This document shows, in pieces, positions 38,738-49,812 of a DNA stretch of 64,000 nt. Positions within the stretch are counted from its first letter, which is position 1. Each line of letters opens with the position of its first letter. Source of the DNA: a virus. The stretch is from positions 4,677 through 68,676 of the IMG/VR virus record IMGVR_UViG_3300050821_014313. One strand, given 5' to 3'. A model generated the notes under the pieces. That model did no database searches, was not told the origin of the DNA, and saw nothing but the letters and a program-made list of their open reading frames with translations. The position numbers and the translations under genes were made by a program.

Positions 38738-39184
38738 CTAAAACAACTGTCCCGAAACGTTCACTGCTGCGCTAGCTGCCGCTGGCAACGTCCCGCTCCA
38801 CAATACGCATACGTACTGTGGATTCGAAACTGTCAACGACGACGTTCCTAAGTAAACCTCAAAATGAGCCAACGGCACTGTCGCAGTGGTTGCGAGAAAC
38901 CCTGCCCACAAAAGATTCTCGCCCGTCGTACACGTCGAGTTACTCCCTTCCTCCACAACTACCGCTTGCCCTCCCGACGCCCCATTGTAAAACAACGACC
39001 CCGAAATCGCTTGCAACTGAAACGAGCATCCGTTCGTATCCGCATTGATATACAGCGCGGGCTTTACTCCTGCGCCCGGAGAGCTACTTCCCGAAATCGG
39101 TCCGGTAGCCACGCAAGACCCAAACGCAGCCGTAGCCGCCACGCTCATCAACAACGCAACAACAATTGTTCGAAGTGTTTTCAT
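38738..39184 (-). CDS. secreted Cys-containing beta-sandwich protein
   Basis: AGGAG RBS; extended -10 promoter upstream; signal peptide MKTLRTIVVALLMSVAATAAFG. Confidence 0.7.
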   Translation of the reverse strand: MKTLRTIVVALLMSVAATAAFGSCVATGPISGSSSPGAGVKPALYINADTNGCSFQLQAISGSLFYNGASGGQAVVVEEGSNSTCTTGENLLWAGFLATTATVPLAHFEVYLGTSSLTVSNPQYVCVLWSGTLPAAASAAVNVSGQLF

Positions 39185-39206
39185 TCTTTTTCTCCTGATG
39201 AATGCA

Positions 39207-39217
39207 ATTATACCACA
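39207..39217 (-). promoter_or_regulatory. sigma70 extended -10 promoter (TGTGGTATAAT); similar copies at 35456, 39481 and 42928
   Basis: TGGTATAAT (TGGTATAAA at 42928) recurs on the minus strand just upstream of gene starts. Confidence 0.65.
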
Positions 39218-39223
39218 GAAAGA

Positions 39224-39469
39224 CTAGCCCATGCTTTTCGTCCACATCGGCTCGTCCAGGGCTGCGAACTCGATCCGGTGCGAGTTAGTCTTCCCGTAGT
39301 CTTTGACTATCGCCGCGAGCTTATCGTACTTCTCGACCCTCGCATGATACCAACCGTGCCCAGAGTTGTAACGAACTGTTGCCCCGACCGGGAAACGAGC
39401 TTCTGTCCTCTCGCGTAATCCTTGTAACTCCTTCTCCTGCTTCAGTTTCTCTTCTTTTTTCTTGTTCAT
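39224..39469 (-). CDS. small SH3/Tudor-like protein
   Basis: FPVGATVRY...WYHARVEKY...VKDYG pattern. Confidence 0.5.
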   Translation of the reverse strand: MNKKKEEKLKQEKELQGLRERTEARFPVGATVRYNSGHGWYHARVEKYDKLAAIVKDYGKTNSHRIEFAALDEPMWTKSMG

Positions 39470-39830
39470 CTGGGTTCCTGATTATACCACAACAATTACT
39501 TCTCTGGTTGCCGTTGCAGCTGCTGCCGTGCTACTCTGTGGTGTTGCTCGGGTGAGGTTCTAGGCTCCTGTCCTTCTTCCTCTGCGAACCTTCCTCAGTT
39601 TCTCTTCGCACCCTCACCCCGAGCAAACACTTACTTAGTACACGTAACCTCTCCACGACCCTTCTTAGTCTCCTCACACATGTAGTACTTTCCTGGCGGT
39701 CGACTGCTCGGAAAAATACAACTGTGTTTCCAAACTTTCGGGTCGGGAGATTTCACGCACCGGCACGACGGAGACATTGTTACTCCGTCGTGCCGAACAA
39801 ACACAAGCATCGCGAGCGCTAACGCGATCT

Positions 39831-41636
39831 TCATGGCAGGTAAAACTTTCCCCACTTAGCCGCGTCGCACGACGTCGGTCCTTGTGGTTGAGTTCCCGGG
39901 CCAATCTCCGCACCAAACCCACCATCAAGCAGTCCTGCTAAGTTGCTGCTTGGCTGTGGACCCATCACGCTCAACGCAACCCCGCCGTGACTAGCTGGAC
40001 ACCCCTGACCCAACCCAAACATTGTTTCGAGCTGCATCGGACAATCCTCGAACCCCTCGAAATGCCCGTTCTCATGCGCAGCCAATCCCTTGTAATTCGT
40101 CGCAGGGGTAAGCGTCTTTCGCATATACGTATCCACGTGATAGATACTTCCGTAGATCCACGGGAAGTCTCGGTTGAAAAACATCACCGAGTGCGTTCCC
40201 GTGCATCCAGCTGTCGGCTCGCATCCAGTCACGAATACATACGGTTGTTGTGGCCGTACTGGCGGACCAATCGTACTTACGCATCCGTAGGCTTTTCCGT
40301 CAACTGCCTCCCACGACTGAAAACCCGCACAGATGTTTTGCTCTGCAACCGATCCGTTCGCCCAATAACCCGAGTCAATATACACCGTGACTATCCCTGG
40401 CTCCCAATACTTCTGATTGAACGGCGGATAGTACGGGCACGGGCCGGTTGGATCCAACATTGAAACCACGGTTGCAATCGTCCCGGCGGCTGCGCAGGTA
40501 ACCTGAGCTGCTGTGCTGTGTGTACCGCACTTAGTGCTTGGTGCTCCTGGCGCAAACTGCACATCACACGCCGACATGAAATCCTGTACCAACCCCGTAT
40601 CGAGCGTGGCCGGGAGGTAGCTTTGTTGGGAGTTTTTGTGTTCGGTTGGACAAGAATCCACATCGAACGTTGCAACCGCCAGCGCTTGCAAGTACGTTTG
40701 GTCGGGCGCACACGGCGGTGGCAAGGTCGATCCTGCAAACGTCGCTTGTGAGTTCACAAACGGTTCCATGAAGTTAAAATGAAACGCGTTGCCGCTTGCT
40801 GACTGCACCGCAAACAACTCAGCCTTGCTCACCGCGAGCGTAGTCGCAGTGTCCTGCACCTGCACCCAACAAGTGGTGCACATTGTTGCGTCGCTAGTTG
40901 ATCCTGCCCAATAACTCACCGCATGCGCGTTGCTGACAATCGCGACCATGGTGTCGGTTGCGACGATCTCTTGAGCTGCTCCGCCCGGGCTGTTGCATCC
41001 TGCCGGCACGAATCCAGCCGAGAACGCACAGTACTCCGGAGTGAACCCACCGGTCACTGCGTTCGCCAGCAACCAAACTCCGAACCGGCTAACCACTGCC
41101 AGCTGTCCTGTGTTGATCCCTTGATTCGCCAGCAAGTACAACCCTGTGTCGGTAAACAACGTCGACCCAGAGTAAGCGCACAGCAGATGATAATCTCCGT
41201 TGTGGATCCCGCAGATAGACCCGTCCAACTGACTCGCCGCGATGCTACGAAAAGTCGTCGTTGTTCCGAACGGATTCGTCCAGCTAGTCCCATCGTACAT
41301 CGAGATCACTCCCGACGCGCCCAACACATAAACCTGCGTGAAACTCACCACTGCAACTTCCGCTGCTCCGCTCGACAACTCCACCCAGGTGTTGGTCTCC
41401 CAATGCCAAAGATTAGCCGAGGTATCGATTGCCCACGCATCGCCGTCGCCGCCGTAAGCATGCCGCTTAAAGTTCGACCCAATGCCAGTACGAGGAATCG
41501 CGTTCAAACACCCATGCGTCTTGCAATACTGATGCTGCGCTTGATAGTTGAAAGTGGTTACAGCCGAATACGTGTCTGCGCCAAACATCGGCAGAGACAG
41601 CAGACAGAAAACGATCAGTTTACACCAACTCTTCAT
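39831..41636 (-). CDS. secreted tectonin-like beta-propeller fused to a metzincin-type Zn protease domain
   Basis: Signal peptide MKSWCKLIVFCLLSLPMFG; repeats AWAIDTSANLWHW and VYVLGASGVISMYDGTSW; HENGHFEGFED plus SVMGP Met-turn. Confidence 0.7.
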   Translation of the reverse strand: MKSWCKLIVFCLLSLPMFGADTYSAVTTFNYQAQHQYCKTHGCLNAIPRTGIGSNFKRHAYGGDGDAWAIDTSANLWHWETNTWVELSSGAAEVAVVSFTQVYVLGASGVISMYDGTSWTNPFGTTTTFRSIAASQLDGSICGIHNGDYHLLCAYSGSTLFTDTGLYLLANQGINTGQLAVVSRFGVWLLANAVTGGFTPEYCAFSAGFVPAGCNSPGGAAQEIVATDTMVAIVSNAHAVSYWAGSTSDATMCTTCWVQVQDTATTLAVSKAELFAVQSASGNAFHFNFMEPFVNSQATFAGSTLPPPCAPDQTYLQALAVATFDVDSCPTEHKNSQQSYLPATLDTGLVQDFMSACDVQFAPGAPSTKCGTHSTAAQVTCAAAGTIATVVSMLDPTGPCPYYPPFNQKYWEPGIVTVYIDSGYWANGSVAEQNICAGFQSWEAVDGKAYGCVSTIGPPVRPQQPYVFVTGCEPTAGCTGTHSVMFFNRDFPWIYGSIYHVDTYMRKTLTPATNYKGLAAHENGHFEGFEDCPMQLETMFGLGQGCPASHGGVALSVMGPQPSSNLAGLLDGGFGAEIGPGTQPQGPTSCDAAKWGKFYLP

Positions 41637-41730
41637 TCGCTTCTTCTCCAGAGGATAGATTTTCCTGATACCGATTGGATGCAGCGGCAGCGAGCAAGGA
41701 TGCAGTGAATTCTGATATAATTGCTGCACG

Positions 41731-42666
41731 ATGATCCCCGAAAACCTAGAAGATTCGGCCTCTGCTTATGTCTTCCCGTCCTTCGAATACCTCATCGACG
41801 AGCTGCTGCCGACGCAGGAGATTCATCTTATTGGCGGACCAACCGGCGCAGGCAAAACTACTTGGCTGCTGCGGCTGCTCGACCAGTGGCGCAGAGGCGA
41901 ACGAATCTTTGGCTTCGCCTCGCATCCGGCGGAGTTCCTCTACGTCTCGCTTGACCGCTCGCGCAACGGCATGCTCCGGATCCTCCAACGCATGCGGCTA
42001 GATCCACGCAACTTCAACCTGATCTTTCCCTCCCTCGCCGACCGCAAGTTAGGTATTCCTTTGTATCTGCAAAAGCTCGTTGCAGCTTACCCTGCCGCGC
42101 GTTTGATTGTTGTCGAGGGCTTCCAAACGGGCGTCGAAAACATCAACGACCAAAAAGAGGTAACTAGCTATCTCGCCAACGTCCAAACGCTGTGCGTTCG
42201 CACAAACATCACGGTCCTGGGCGTCGTGCACACCTCGAAAGCCAAGCAAAACGCTAAGTACGAGAACCCTCGCGAGCGTATTGCTGGCTGCGGTCAGTGG
42301 GGAGGATGGAGCGAGACCGTAATCATGGTCGAGCCGCAAACCGACCCAAGCGGAGCCGAAGCCGACCTACGCAACCTCCAGGTGCTGCCGCGCAACGGCA
42401 AGCATATTCACTTCGTGCTGGAGTTCCGCGACGGACTGCTAGTCGAGCGAACCAAAGCCCTCACTAACGAACAAAAAATCATCGAGTACTGCCTGACTCA
42501 CCCTGAGCCGTTCTACCACCGAGATACTTTCCGTGCGGTCACAGGCTTGCCAGATTCTTCTCTCACTCGCTTACTTAATACTCTTATAGACTTAGGCCGT
42601 CTCTCGCGCATCGAGGCCGGTAATGGAACCTACCGTTTCCACGCTCCCAAGCAACCTAGTAACTAA
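41731..42666 (+). CDS. RepA-like (AAA_25) SF4-type helicase with C-terminal winged helix
   Basis: LIDELLP..IHLIGGPTGAGKTT, LYVSLD, LIVVE, VVHTSK motifs; HTH-like C-terminus; own TGATATAAT promoter. Confidence 0.8.
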   Translation: MIPENLEDSASAYVFPSFEYLIDELLPTQEIHLIGGPTGAGKTTWLLRLLDQWRRGERIFGFASHPAEFLYVSLDRSRNGMLRILQRMRLDPRNFNLIFPSLADRKLGIPLYLQKLVAAYPAARLIVVEGFQTGVENINDQKEVTSYLANVQTLCVRTNITVLGVVHTSKAKQNAKYENPRERIAGCGQWGGWSETVIMVEPQTDPSGAEADLRNLQVLPRNGKHIHFVLEFRDGLLVERTKALTNEQKIIEYCLTHPEPFYHRDTFRAVTGLPDSSLTRLLNTLIDLGRLSRIEAGNGTYRFHAPKQPSN

Positions 42667-42671
42667 CTCGC

Positions 42672-42860
42672 CACGGGGGGTGTGTGTGTGTGTATTTGGA
42701 TGAGCTTCCCCGTATCTCTCTGATTCCTATATATATACGCTTAAATTATGGGTGCTCTTCGGCATCGAGAAAGAGTATGCTTTCGCCTAAGTATATGATT
42801 CTTATAAGAATCGCTCCTGAGCATGATTAGAATCAGTGGCTTAAGCCGAAACGTACTCAG
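42672..42860. other. candidate replication origin
   Basis: G6(TG)n, (TA)5, perfect palindrome GATTCTTATAAGAATC and an IHF-consensus match, directly after the helicase gene. Confidence 0.5.
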
Positions 42861-44422
42861 GGCGTTTTCTGCTTGAATACAGGCTAACTCGAGTGTTTGC
42901 ACTCGCTTGCGCGCGAGCTTGCTCACTTTTATACCACACTATAGGAAAACGCAGTAGCTGCTAACGTGGTCCCGCGAAGCCGGCGACGGTGCGCACCCGC
43001 AGGTCGTCGCCTAGCTTAGGTATCTGCTTAAGCTCCATGGCGATCTCCCACAAAGCTAGCGCGATCTCTTTGGCGAAAACCGCTGTTTGGCTGTGCGCTG
43101 CCATACCGTCGACGTACTCTATTCGCTTCTCGATGTCTCCTTGTCTCATTTGCCGGCCTCCGCTTCGGCTGGGCACGTCCATTGCATTCCGTAAGCATTG
43201 AATCCGCTCGCAAAGAATGCAAATACTGACGCGACAGGCCCAAATATAAGGCCATATCCAAGGCTCATACCCATTGCTTCGCGGCAGTCGCCTGGATCGA
43301 TGTGCTGCAAATCGGCCAGCATTGTAGGGTAGGTATAGAGTGAGCACGATAACCAGAGGACAACAGCCAAGATTGACTGTCTCATTTGCCGACCTCCGCC
43401 TTGAGTGATTCGGCCACGTTAACCGCTAATCGGTCAATATGATTGCGCCTAGCCGACTTGTCCATCTTGCAAGAACTAAACAAGCAGGTCCAATCATGAG
43501 TTTTCTCAATCGCTAGCCTCATCGCCCGCTCAAGCACCACGGCCACTATGTCCGTTGATGGAAAGCTCCACCACTCTTGGGCTAGTTGTTCGGCAATCGC
43601 TCGCAGACCTTCGCTCACAAAAACTCCTTCCTAAGCTGCACCCAGATCTCTTGCTCGAGGCAAGCCAACTCGTGCTCGCGGTCGCGCTCGGCTCGCGTAA
43701 GCTCCAACCCGGACTCAAAGTCGCCTGCGATGTTCGTGGACTCGAGGGCGTTGGCTAGGCTTGCTAACTCGTGCTGCAGCCGCGCGTGCCGCTGCACAGA
43801 GGCTCTCAGCTGCACGATCCCCGGGGTGACGTACCTCGGCATGCCTAGGTTTATGTCCTCGTGCACCGGTCCGTAGTAATGCTCGCTACGTAAGTCCTTA
43901 GCAGGCTTAGTCTTGTGCTCGTTCTCCCACGCTGTTCCGTCAGCTAAGCTCATAATTTTCTCCTTTTACTCGTGTTCCGCCCTTTCGCGTAGGTTCGCTA
44001 GCTGCGACTGCAGTTGCTGTCCTTGGTTGTCAAGATATTCTATTGCTTCCTCCGGTAGTTCGTGCGACCACGCTCGGTCAAGCTGGAACTCGCGAGAGAC
44101 GATCGGTGGCAGCAGCCTGAGCATCTCGTCGCACGCAGAGTAATCGTCTAGCCGCAGGGTCTCGTGCTGCTGCACATCAAGATGTTTCATCGCGCTCATC
44201 AGCTTGTGCATCCCAAGCAACCACTGCGCAGCAGTCAAAGCTTTCTGCGGTACTCGTTCTCCGCTCATCGATTCAACCTCCAGTATCCCAACCACTTCGC
44301 GGGAAAGTATTTGTGCATTCTCTGTGAGAGCAGCCTCCCGAACCACGTCCGATGAAACTCTATCCAGTCCTTCGCATCGTAGAACCACGCGGCGCGCAGC
44401 TGCTGTTCGTCGGCGCGCATCT

Positions 44423-44956
44423 TTAGTTCCCTTGCTTCAACCAAGTGTTCGCTTTGGCGAGCTCAGCCGAGTTCCGCGCCAGATCGATCTCTTGCTGCGC
44501 GTGTTGGTCGTCAGCGGCTTGCTTAAGCCTGCGCAAGCTCTCGATCTGAATCTGCTGAGACTCCAGCTGAATCGACGCCATTGCGTTGTTTAGCCTATGC
44601 CCCGCGATCAGCGTCTCGCTGAGCTCGACTTGCTTAAGATTAAACGCGTCTATTGTCCGTTGCACCTTGACCCCGACGGTCGCGCGCTCGTACGTAATAA
44701 GCATCGCGTTCGCGACCGCAACCACAACTAAAATCCTCGTTACGAACTGAAAGAACTCTGTTGGCTGTCCGTAGTCGACCCAGACTAGCGTCGCCGCGAC
44801 CCAAAAGCTAAAGCAATACTGACAACCCAAGAAGTAGTTAAGCACTGTGGTTGAGAATTTCTTGCGTAGTCCCGCGAAGATCTGTTCCTGCGTGACTGTT
44901 CTTGCGATCACCGCGGTCATCGCTCCGAGCGTGGCTAGTTCTGCGTACTGATTCAT
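44423..44956 (-). CDS. DUF1360-like membrane protein with coiled-coil tail
   Basis: RTVTQEQIFAGLR...LGCQYCFSFWVA motif. Confidence 0.6.
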   Translation of the reverse strand: MNQYAELATLGAMTAVIARTVTQEQIFAGLRKKFSTTVLNYFLGCQYCFSFWVAATLVWVDYGQPTEFFQFVTRILVVVAVANAMLITYERATVGVKVQRTIDAFNLKQVELSETLIAGHRLNNAMASIQLESQQIQIESLRRLKQAADDQHAQQEIDLARNSAELAKANTWLKQGN

Positions 44957-45215
44957 GCGTTTGTGGTCTCCTTTTTCTGGTGTAATCCTCTGCGTTCTTC
45001 CATCCCTAAGCTCATCAGCTTCGCGCACTCATGACAGTAGTGCCGGATTGTCGCTTCGCTCTGCGGCACGATTCTGCCGGCCAGATGCGTTACGCTGCCT
45101 TCTCCCCCGCTCACGCTGATCCATCGCTCTGGCCAAGCCTCACCAAAGCTCTCTGCCACGCAGTTGTCGCAGACAAAGCTAAGAATCGTTCGCACGACTC
45201 GTTCGGTTACCTTCA

Positions 45216-45503
45216 TCATGCAGCTGGCTCCTTGTAAACTGGTCGCACACTCATCACTACGTATCCTCGGGTGATCGCGACCGGACTGACCGCGCAGTGC
45301 GAGTCCGTCCCTAAGATATACGGCACTTCGACAAGAGTTCTCCGTCCGGTGTATTCCTTGGTCTGCTCGTCCCACTCGCGAAGCAGCAACTGGTCGCCAA
45401 CTCGATAGTCTCGATCGTTGATCCTCAACTCGAAAGTTTTTCGTCCAGCTATAACCTCCTCGAAGAATCTTGGCCAGGACTTAAGCACGTGCGTTCGTCT
45501 CAT
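45216..45503 (-). CDS. DUF3850 / ASCH-domain protein
   Basis: HVLKSWPRFFEEVIAGRKTFELRINDRDYRVGD.LLLREW motif. Confidence 0.88.
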   Translation of the reverse strand: MRRTHVLKSWPRFFEEVIAGRKTFELRINDRDYRVGDQLLLREWDEQTKEYTGRRTLVEVPYILGTDSHCAVSPVAITRGYVVMSVRPVYKEPAA

Positions 45504-48500
45504 AATGCTTCCTCTTGACGCAGATAACGACTCAGGTTCCATCGGCGAACGATCTGCTTGACCGAGAAGCTGCGGTCGCCAACCCGTACCTTGACATCCC
45601 ACAAGCCACGATCAGCGTAGCTAAGCACGAGCCGGATGATCGTCCCGGTCTCGCTGCTGCCGGTGTGTTCCTCTGCGGTTTCGACCTCACTGACTAGTCT
45701 GATCATGATTTGATGCTCCTTCGCTCTCGCTCGAAAGCCTCAAACAAAGCTATTCCTTCGTTAGTCAGCACGCGAAAGCTGCCATGGCATTCCTTGCAAT
45801 TTTCGTGGTCGAGGTCGGTCCCGCGAGTCTTGTTGCATCGCTGAACAAAAACCTCGAGTACTTCGGTTGGACTCAAGCTTATATCCATTAGAACGGAATC
45901 TCCTTCGGGTCGAGGATCCCGGCCTCGGCCGAAGCAGCCGCAGCCGCAGCCGCAGCCTCCGCTGCCCCGCAGTTCGGGTCGACTAGGACGAACTTTGTTC
46001 GCTTCTCGATCCTCGCCGGCACCTCGACTTCCTCTTCTTCGGTTGTGAACGCACACGGCGGAGCGGACTCGCGGACAACTACTAGCACTCCCCGGAGCTC
46101 CGCTGCGTGCACCCAAACTCCTTCGTCGAACTCGCGGCTAAACTTCTCCCCGGTCTTTTCCTGCATCTCCGAGATCAGCTTCTTCACTGCCTCTCCCTGG
46201 TTTTCGCCAAAGTACAACGTGATCGAGGGTTGGCCGTAGTAGCTCCAGCTGGCAGCGAACTCCGTCTCATACAACCCAAGCTCTAACGCGATCTCCCTAA
46301 GCACCGCAAGCTTGCCTAGAATCTCCGCATGAAACGCCGTATCCCGCACGAACTCCTGGCTCAAAGACATAGTTGCTTCTCCTGTAGTTTTGATCTGGTT
46401 CGAGGCTGCAGCTTACAACAGCTAGGTTTTATGTTCTTGGGACTACCCTAGCCTTCTCGGTTACAGCCTCGGTTACTTTCCTTCTGGTCGATCTCTCCGG
46501 CCCTCGAGCAACCCGCGGATCCTGCGCTGCGCTTTTATCCACTCCTGCTGCAGCTGCATCCAGTACGGCCTCGCTCCAACCGCCTTATACATCCCCATGC
46601 ACACATGACAGAACCCGATGCCTCTGAGCTGCCCAAGCGTAAGCAACTTACAGTCCTCGCAGCGGCAGTTTAGATCGATCTCGGCTGTGCAGTGCCTGCA
46701 GCGGTTCTTCTCGGCGTCGCTCACGACGCTATTCTACTCCGCCGGAGGTCCGACCAGCTTAAACTTCCTCGGAAGCCTCTGACGCAACCAATCGATCTCT
46801 GCGGCCTCGGGATTCTTCCTCGCTTTATCGAACTTCTCCACGAACTCCCATAACCGTTCGCTATCGTCAGCCCGAAAAAGCGTATTCTTATCGAAGTCTG
46901 ATCCGACCCTCACATGACTTCCCGCGCAGCTAAAGAAGTCCGCACCGAACTCCTCGAGCGCCGCTTGTCCAATCAAGCAGTACCGGTTGTTGTGGTAGCC
47001 TTTGTGCGCGAGCGCTCGATCGAGATGCTCTTGGGTTACTTCGAGGATTCGTTCTTGACCCGTTGTATCCATTCCGCCTTCTTTCCGGCAGCGACTCTTC
47101 GCGCTGCTCTGCGTTGCCTGCTGCTTCCGCTGGTTCGACCGGTGATCTTGCCTGCTGCTACTCTGTGCTCGCGAATTACTTTTTCTTTTGCTGTCACTCT
47201 GTGCATCCTCCTGGCGAGCGCACCGCAGCTTCCGCGCACTCGAGTTTTAGTGCTTGCTTAAGCACTCGGTTCTCGAACTCCAGCCGATCCACCTTTTGCA
47301 GCAACGAGAACACGCGATTCTGCGTACGCTCGTTGACTACTGTCCCGTGTCGCATGCCGTTCGCGTAAATCTTCGTACACTCGGCGCAGAAAATCGTGTC
47401 GTGTTTGTGCTTAAATGGATTCTTCATCGCTTTTGTCCTAACCAGTTGCTCATACTCTTTAGAGCGCAGCTGTCGCTGCAAAGATGCAAAACTTCTTCGT
47501 CGTGCGACAACGTTGCGTCGCTTGCGTAGCTCCAGGGGTACAAATGAAACGCTGCTGCGGCTCGCGCTTTCAACCAACCGTTCTGCCCAGGAAAATCAGT
47601 ATGCTGCAAGCAGTTCGCTTCGTTGCACCAATACGTAATCTTTGTGGTCATTTGTGAATTATCCTCACGATCTCCGCAATTTGTTCGTTGTTGAACTTTC
47701 GTCTGAGCTCGGTCGCCATCCCAAGATATCTACTAGGCTCGGCAATGTTTGCGGTTGTCCCGCTTGGCCCAAACTGATAGTTAAAATCGCAGTCCCGATG
47801 GTTGCACAACGCCGCGTGCAACTCGATCGACAACACGAACTCTGGCGACCATTTCTTACGCTTTTCTTCCTCCGCAACTAACTCGTTGAGCTCAACCGAC
47901 GTGCGGCTGATTCTCGTTTTCAACTGCTCAGACGTAAGCAAGTACGGTGCGATGTCGGTTGTGGTCATTAGCTTTCCCTCACTGCGGTGAAGTCGTCGCC
48001 GGTCCTCGGCAGGACGAAAGTCGTTACTCCGTCCAACGGATCCGACTCGACAATCCACGCAGTAGCTGTCGCGTAGATCTTTAGGTAAATCGACTTAAAC
48101 ACAAGCTTTTTCTGCTCACTCATCTGGGCACACTTTCTGATCCTCTTTGTAGCTTTCGGTGTGATAAAAGTACTCTCCGTCTCCGTCTCGTCGTTTGAGA
48201 AACAACCTCGCGTTGCTGTTTGCGCACTCAACCTGCAGCTGGATCGTCTCGCCTTCTTCGAGCTCGGCACAGTTTATGTTGATGCACTCTAGGTGCAGTA
48301 CTAGTCCTCCTTGTCTCCCGCCCTGGCGAACCTGCACGTACTCGCCTTTCTCATGCGTCTGCTCAACCACGTAGTCTCGAGTATCGATCGGAACTGCGGT
48401 TGTTGCTCCGTCCGTCGCAGCACTCAACTCTAATCCAACCTTCGTCGCTGCGATCATTACGAGCAACGCCAGTCCACCCATCACGTACAACCAAGCTACT

Positions 48501-48507
48501 CGCTTGT

Positions 48508-48981
48508 TCATATTCGTTCGAACTCCTGCACCGGAATGAGGTATTGCAAGTCCGCAAACTCTTTCCTCGTCTTGCTGTTGTGTTCGTGCACCGACCAATC
48601 AGCAGGCTGAGCCTTCGCGAGGTCTAGCCTCGTCATCTCGCCGTCCTGCCACGACACAACTAAATACACCGGCACGCGTCGGATCTTCACTGCGTCCCTC
48701 AACCAATCGATCTTCTTCATGTCGATGTTTAGGTACTCGATTTGCGTACGAACGAGCTTGCGCTCCTTAACCTCGATGAGCTCGCGAAGCGTGCCCGCGT
48801 TGCCAAAAATCTGCGCGTCGTAGCGACTGCCTATTCCGCCCTGCCAGTACCCCGTTGCCTCAGTCTTCTCGCAATACACCTGAATCAACTGCCTCTCGCG
48901 TTCTTGCCTCTCTGGCGTATCGTGCGTCTTCCATTGGTCGGGAAACTGGTCCTGCTTCTTATCTGGTTTCGTCTTACCCAT
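48508..48981 (-). CDS. PD-(D/E)XK endonuclease
   Basis: RYD...LIEVKER...YLVVSWQDG pattern. Confidence 0.65.
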   Translation of the reverse strand: MGKTKPDKKQDQFPDQWKTHDTPERQERERQLIQVYCEKTEATGYWQGGIGSRYDAQIFGNAGTLRELIEVKERKLVRTQIEYLNIDMKKIDWLRDAVKIRRVPVYLVVSWQDGEMTRLDLAKAQPADWSVHEHNSKTRKEFADLQYLIPVQEFERI

Positions 48982-49509
48982 ACCACTTCACCATCCTTTC
49001 GTAAACATCGCATCCTTTGCCGTACCCCAGCTCACGCAACACCGCGACTAACAACTCGTCGGCGTCGCTATGCGCGCCCTCGCGATCCTTGCTGCTTTGC
49101 GACTGAATAAACTGCATCCTGGTTGCGAAGTCGGTTGGGCTCATTTGTACCCTAGCCTTTCTAACGCTGCCTCGATCTCAACTACCTTCGCATGCCTGTC
49201 GGCGACGCTCGCCTTAAAACTCTCGACTTCTGTTGAGGCTTTCTTGAGCTCGCGCACCGCCCACTCGTACAACTCCGTTTGCTTCTTCAACGCTTCTCTC
49301 AACTGCTCCTCGACAATCATGCTCATCGCTGTCTCCTAAAATTCCATTCTAGATGCTTGTCGCGAAAATGCTTTTTAAACTCTTCTTCGCTCGATAATCT
49401 CTCTGGGCACGCTGGACAACAAAATTCCTTCGCGGACTTGCCTTCGCTTCGCCTTCGCTCGCGTGCGCGTGTTCGGTGAAAGCTTGGGCTGCGTTGTCTG
49501 TATCCTCGC

Positions 49510-49812
49510 CTACTCAAACAACTCTCCTTGAGGCTCGACGTAAGCTGATCCAGTAACTACCTCGGCTCGCTCTAGGCTGTTCATGATTCTTGTCCACGCC
49601 ACAGCGACTCGAACCCTGTTCGCGGTCTTGCCCAACCCAAAATATCTGGTCAACCAAGCTAGTCGTTGCTTGACGTTCGTCGAATTCACTCGCATGCGCT
49701 TCGCGATCTCTGCTGTGCTCAACCCTTGCCTCAGCCCTTCGAGTACCTCATAGTCTCGCTTGGTCGGATGAGAGTCTGGTCCTCGTCGATCGAACGTGCG
49801 CTTGGCTCTCAC
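49510..49812 (-). CDS. LuxR-type HTH regulator
   Basis: TKRDYEVLEGLRQGLSTAEIAKRM..TNVK...NRVRVA. Confidence 0.8.
   Translation of the reverse strand: MRAKRTFDRRGPDSHPTKRDYEVLEGLRQGLSTAEIAKRMRVNSTNVKQRLAWLTRYFGLGKTANRVRVAVAWTRIMNSLERAEVVTGSAYVEPQGELFE

Noticed and set aside
42741-42926. 61-aa minus-strand ORF
   Set aside because: It overlaps the AT-rich palindrome and IHF region and starts only about 1 nt after a -10 box, so it is more likely non-coding origin DNA.
45931-45965. GCAGCC tandem repeat
   Set aside because: It simply encodes a poly-Ala tract in ORF 45888-46370.
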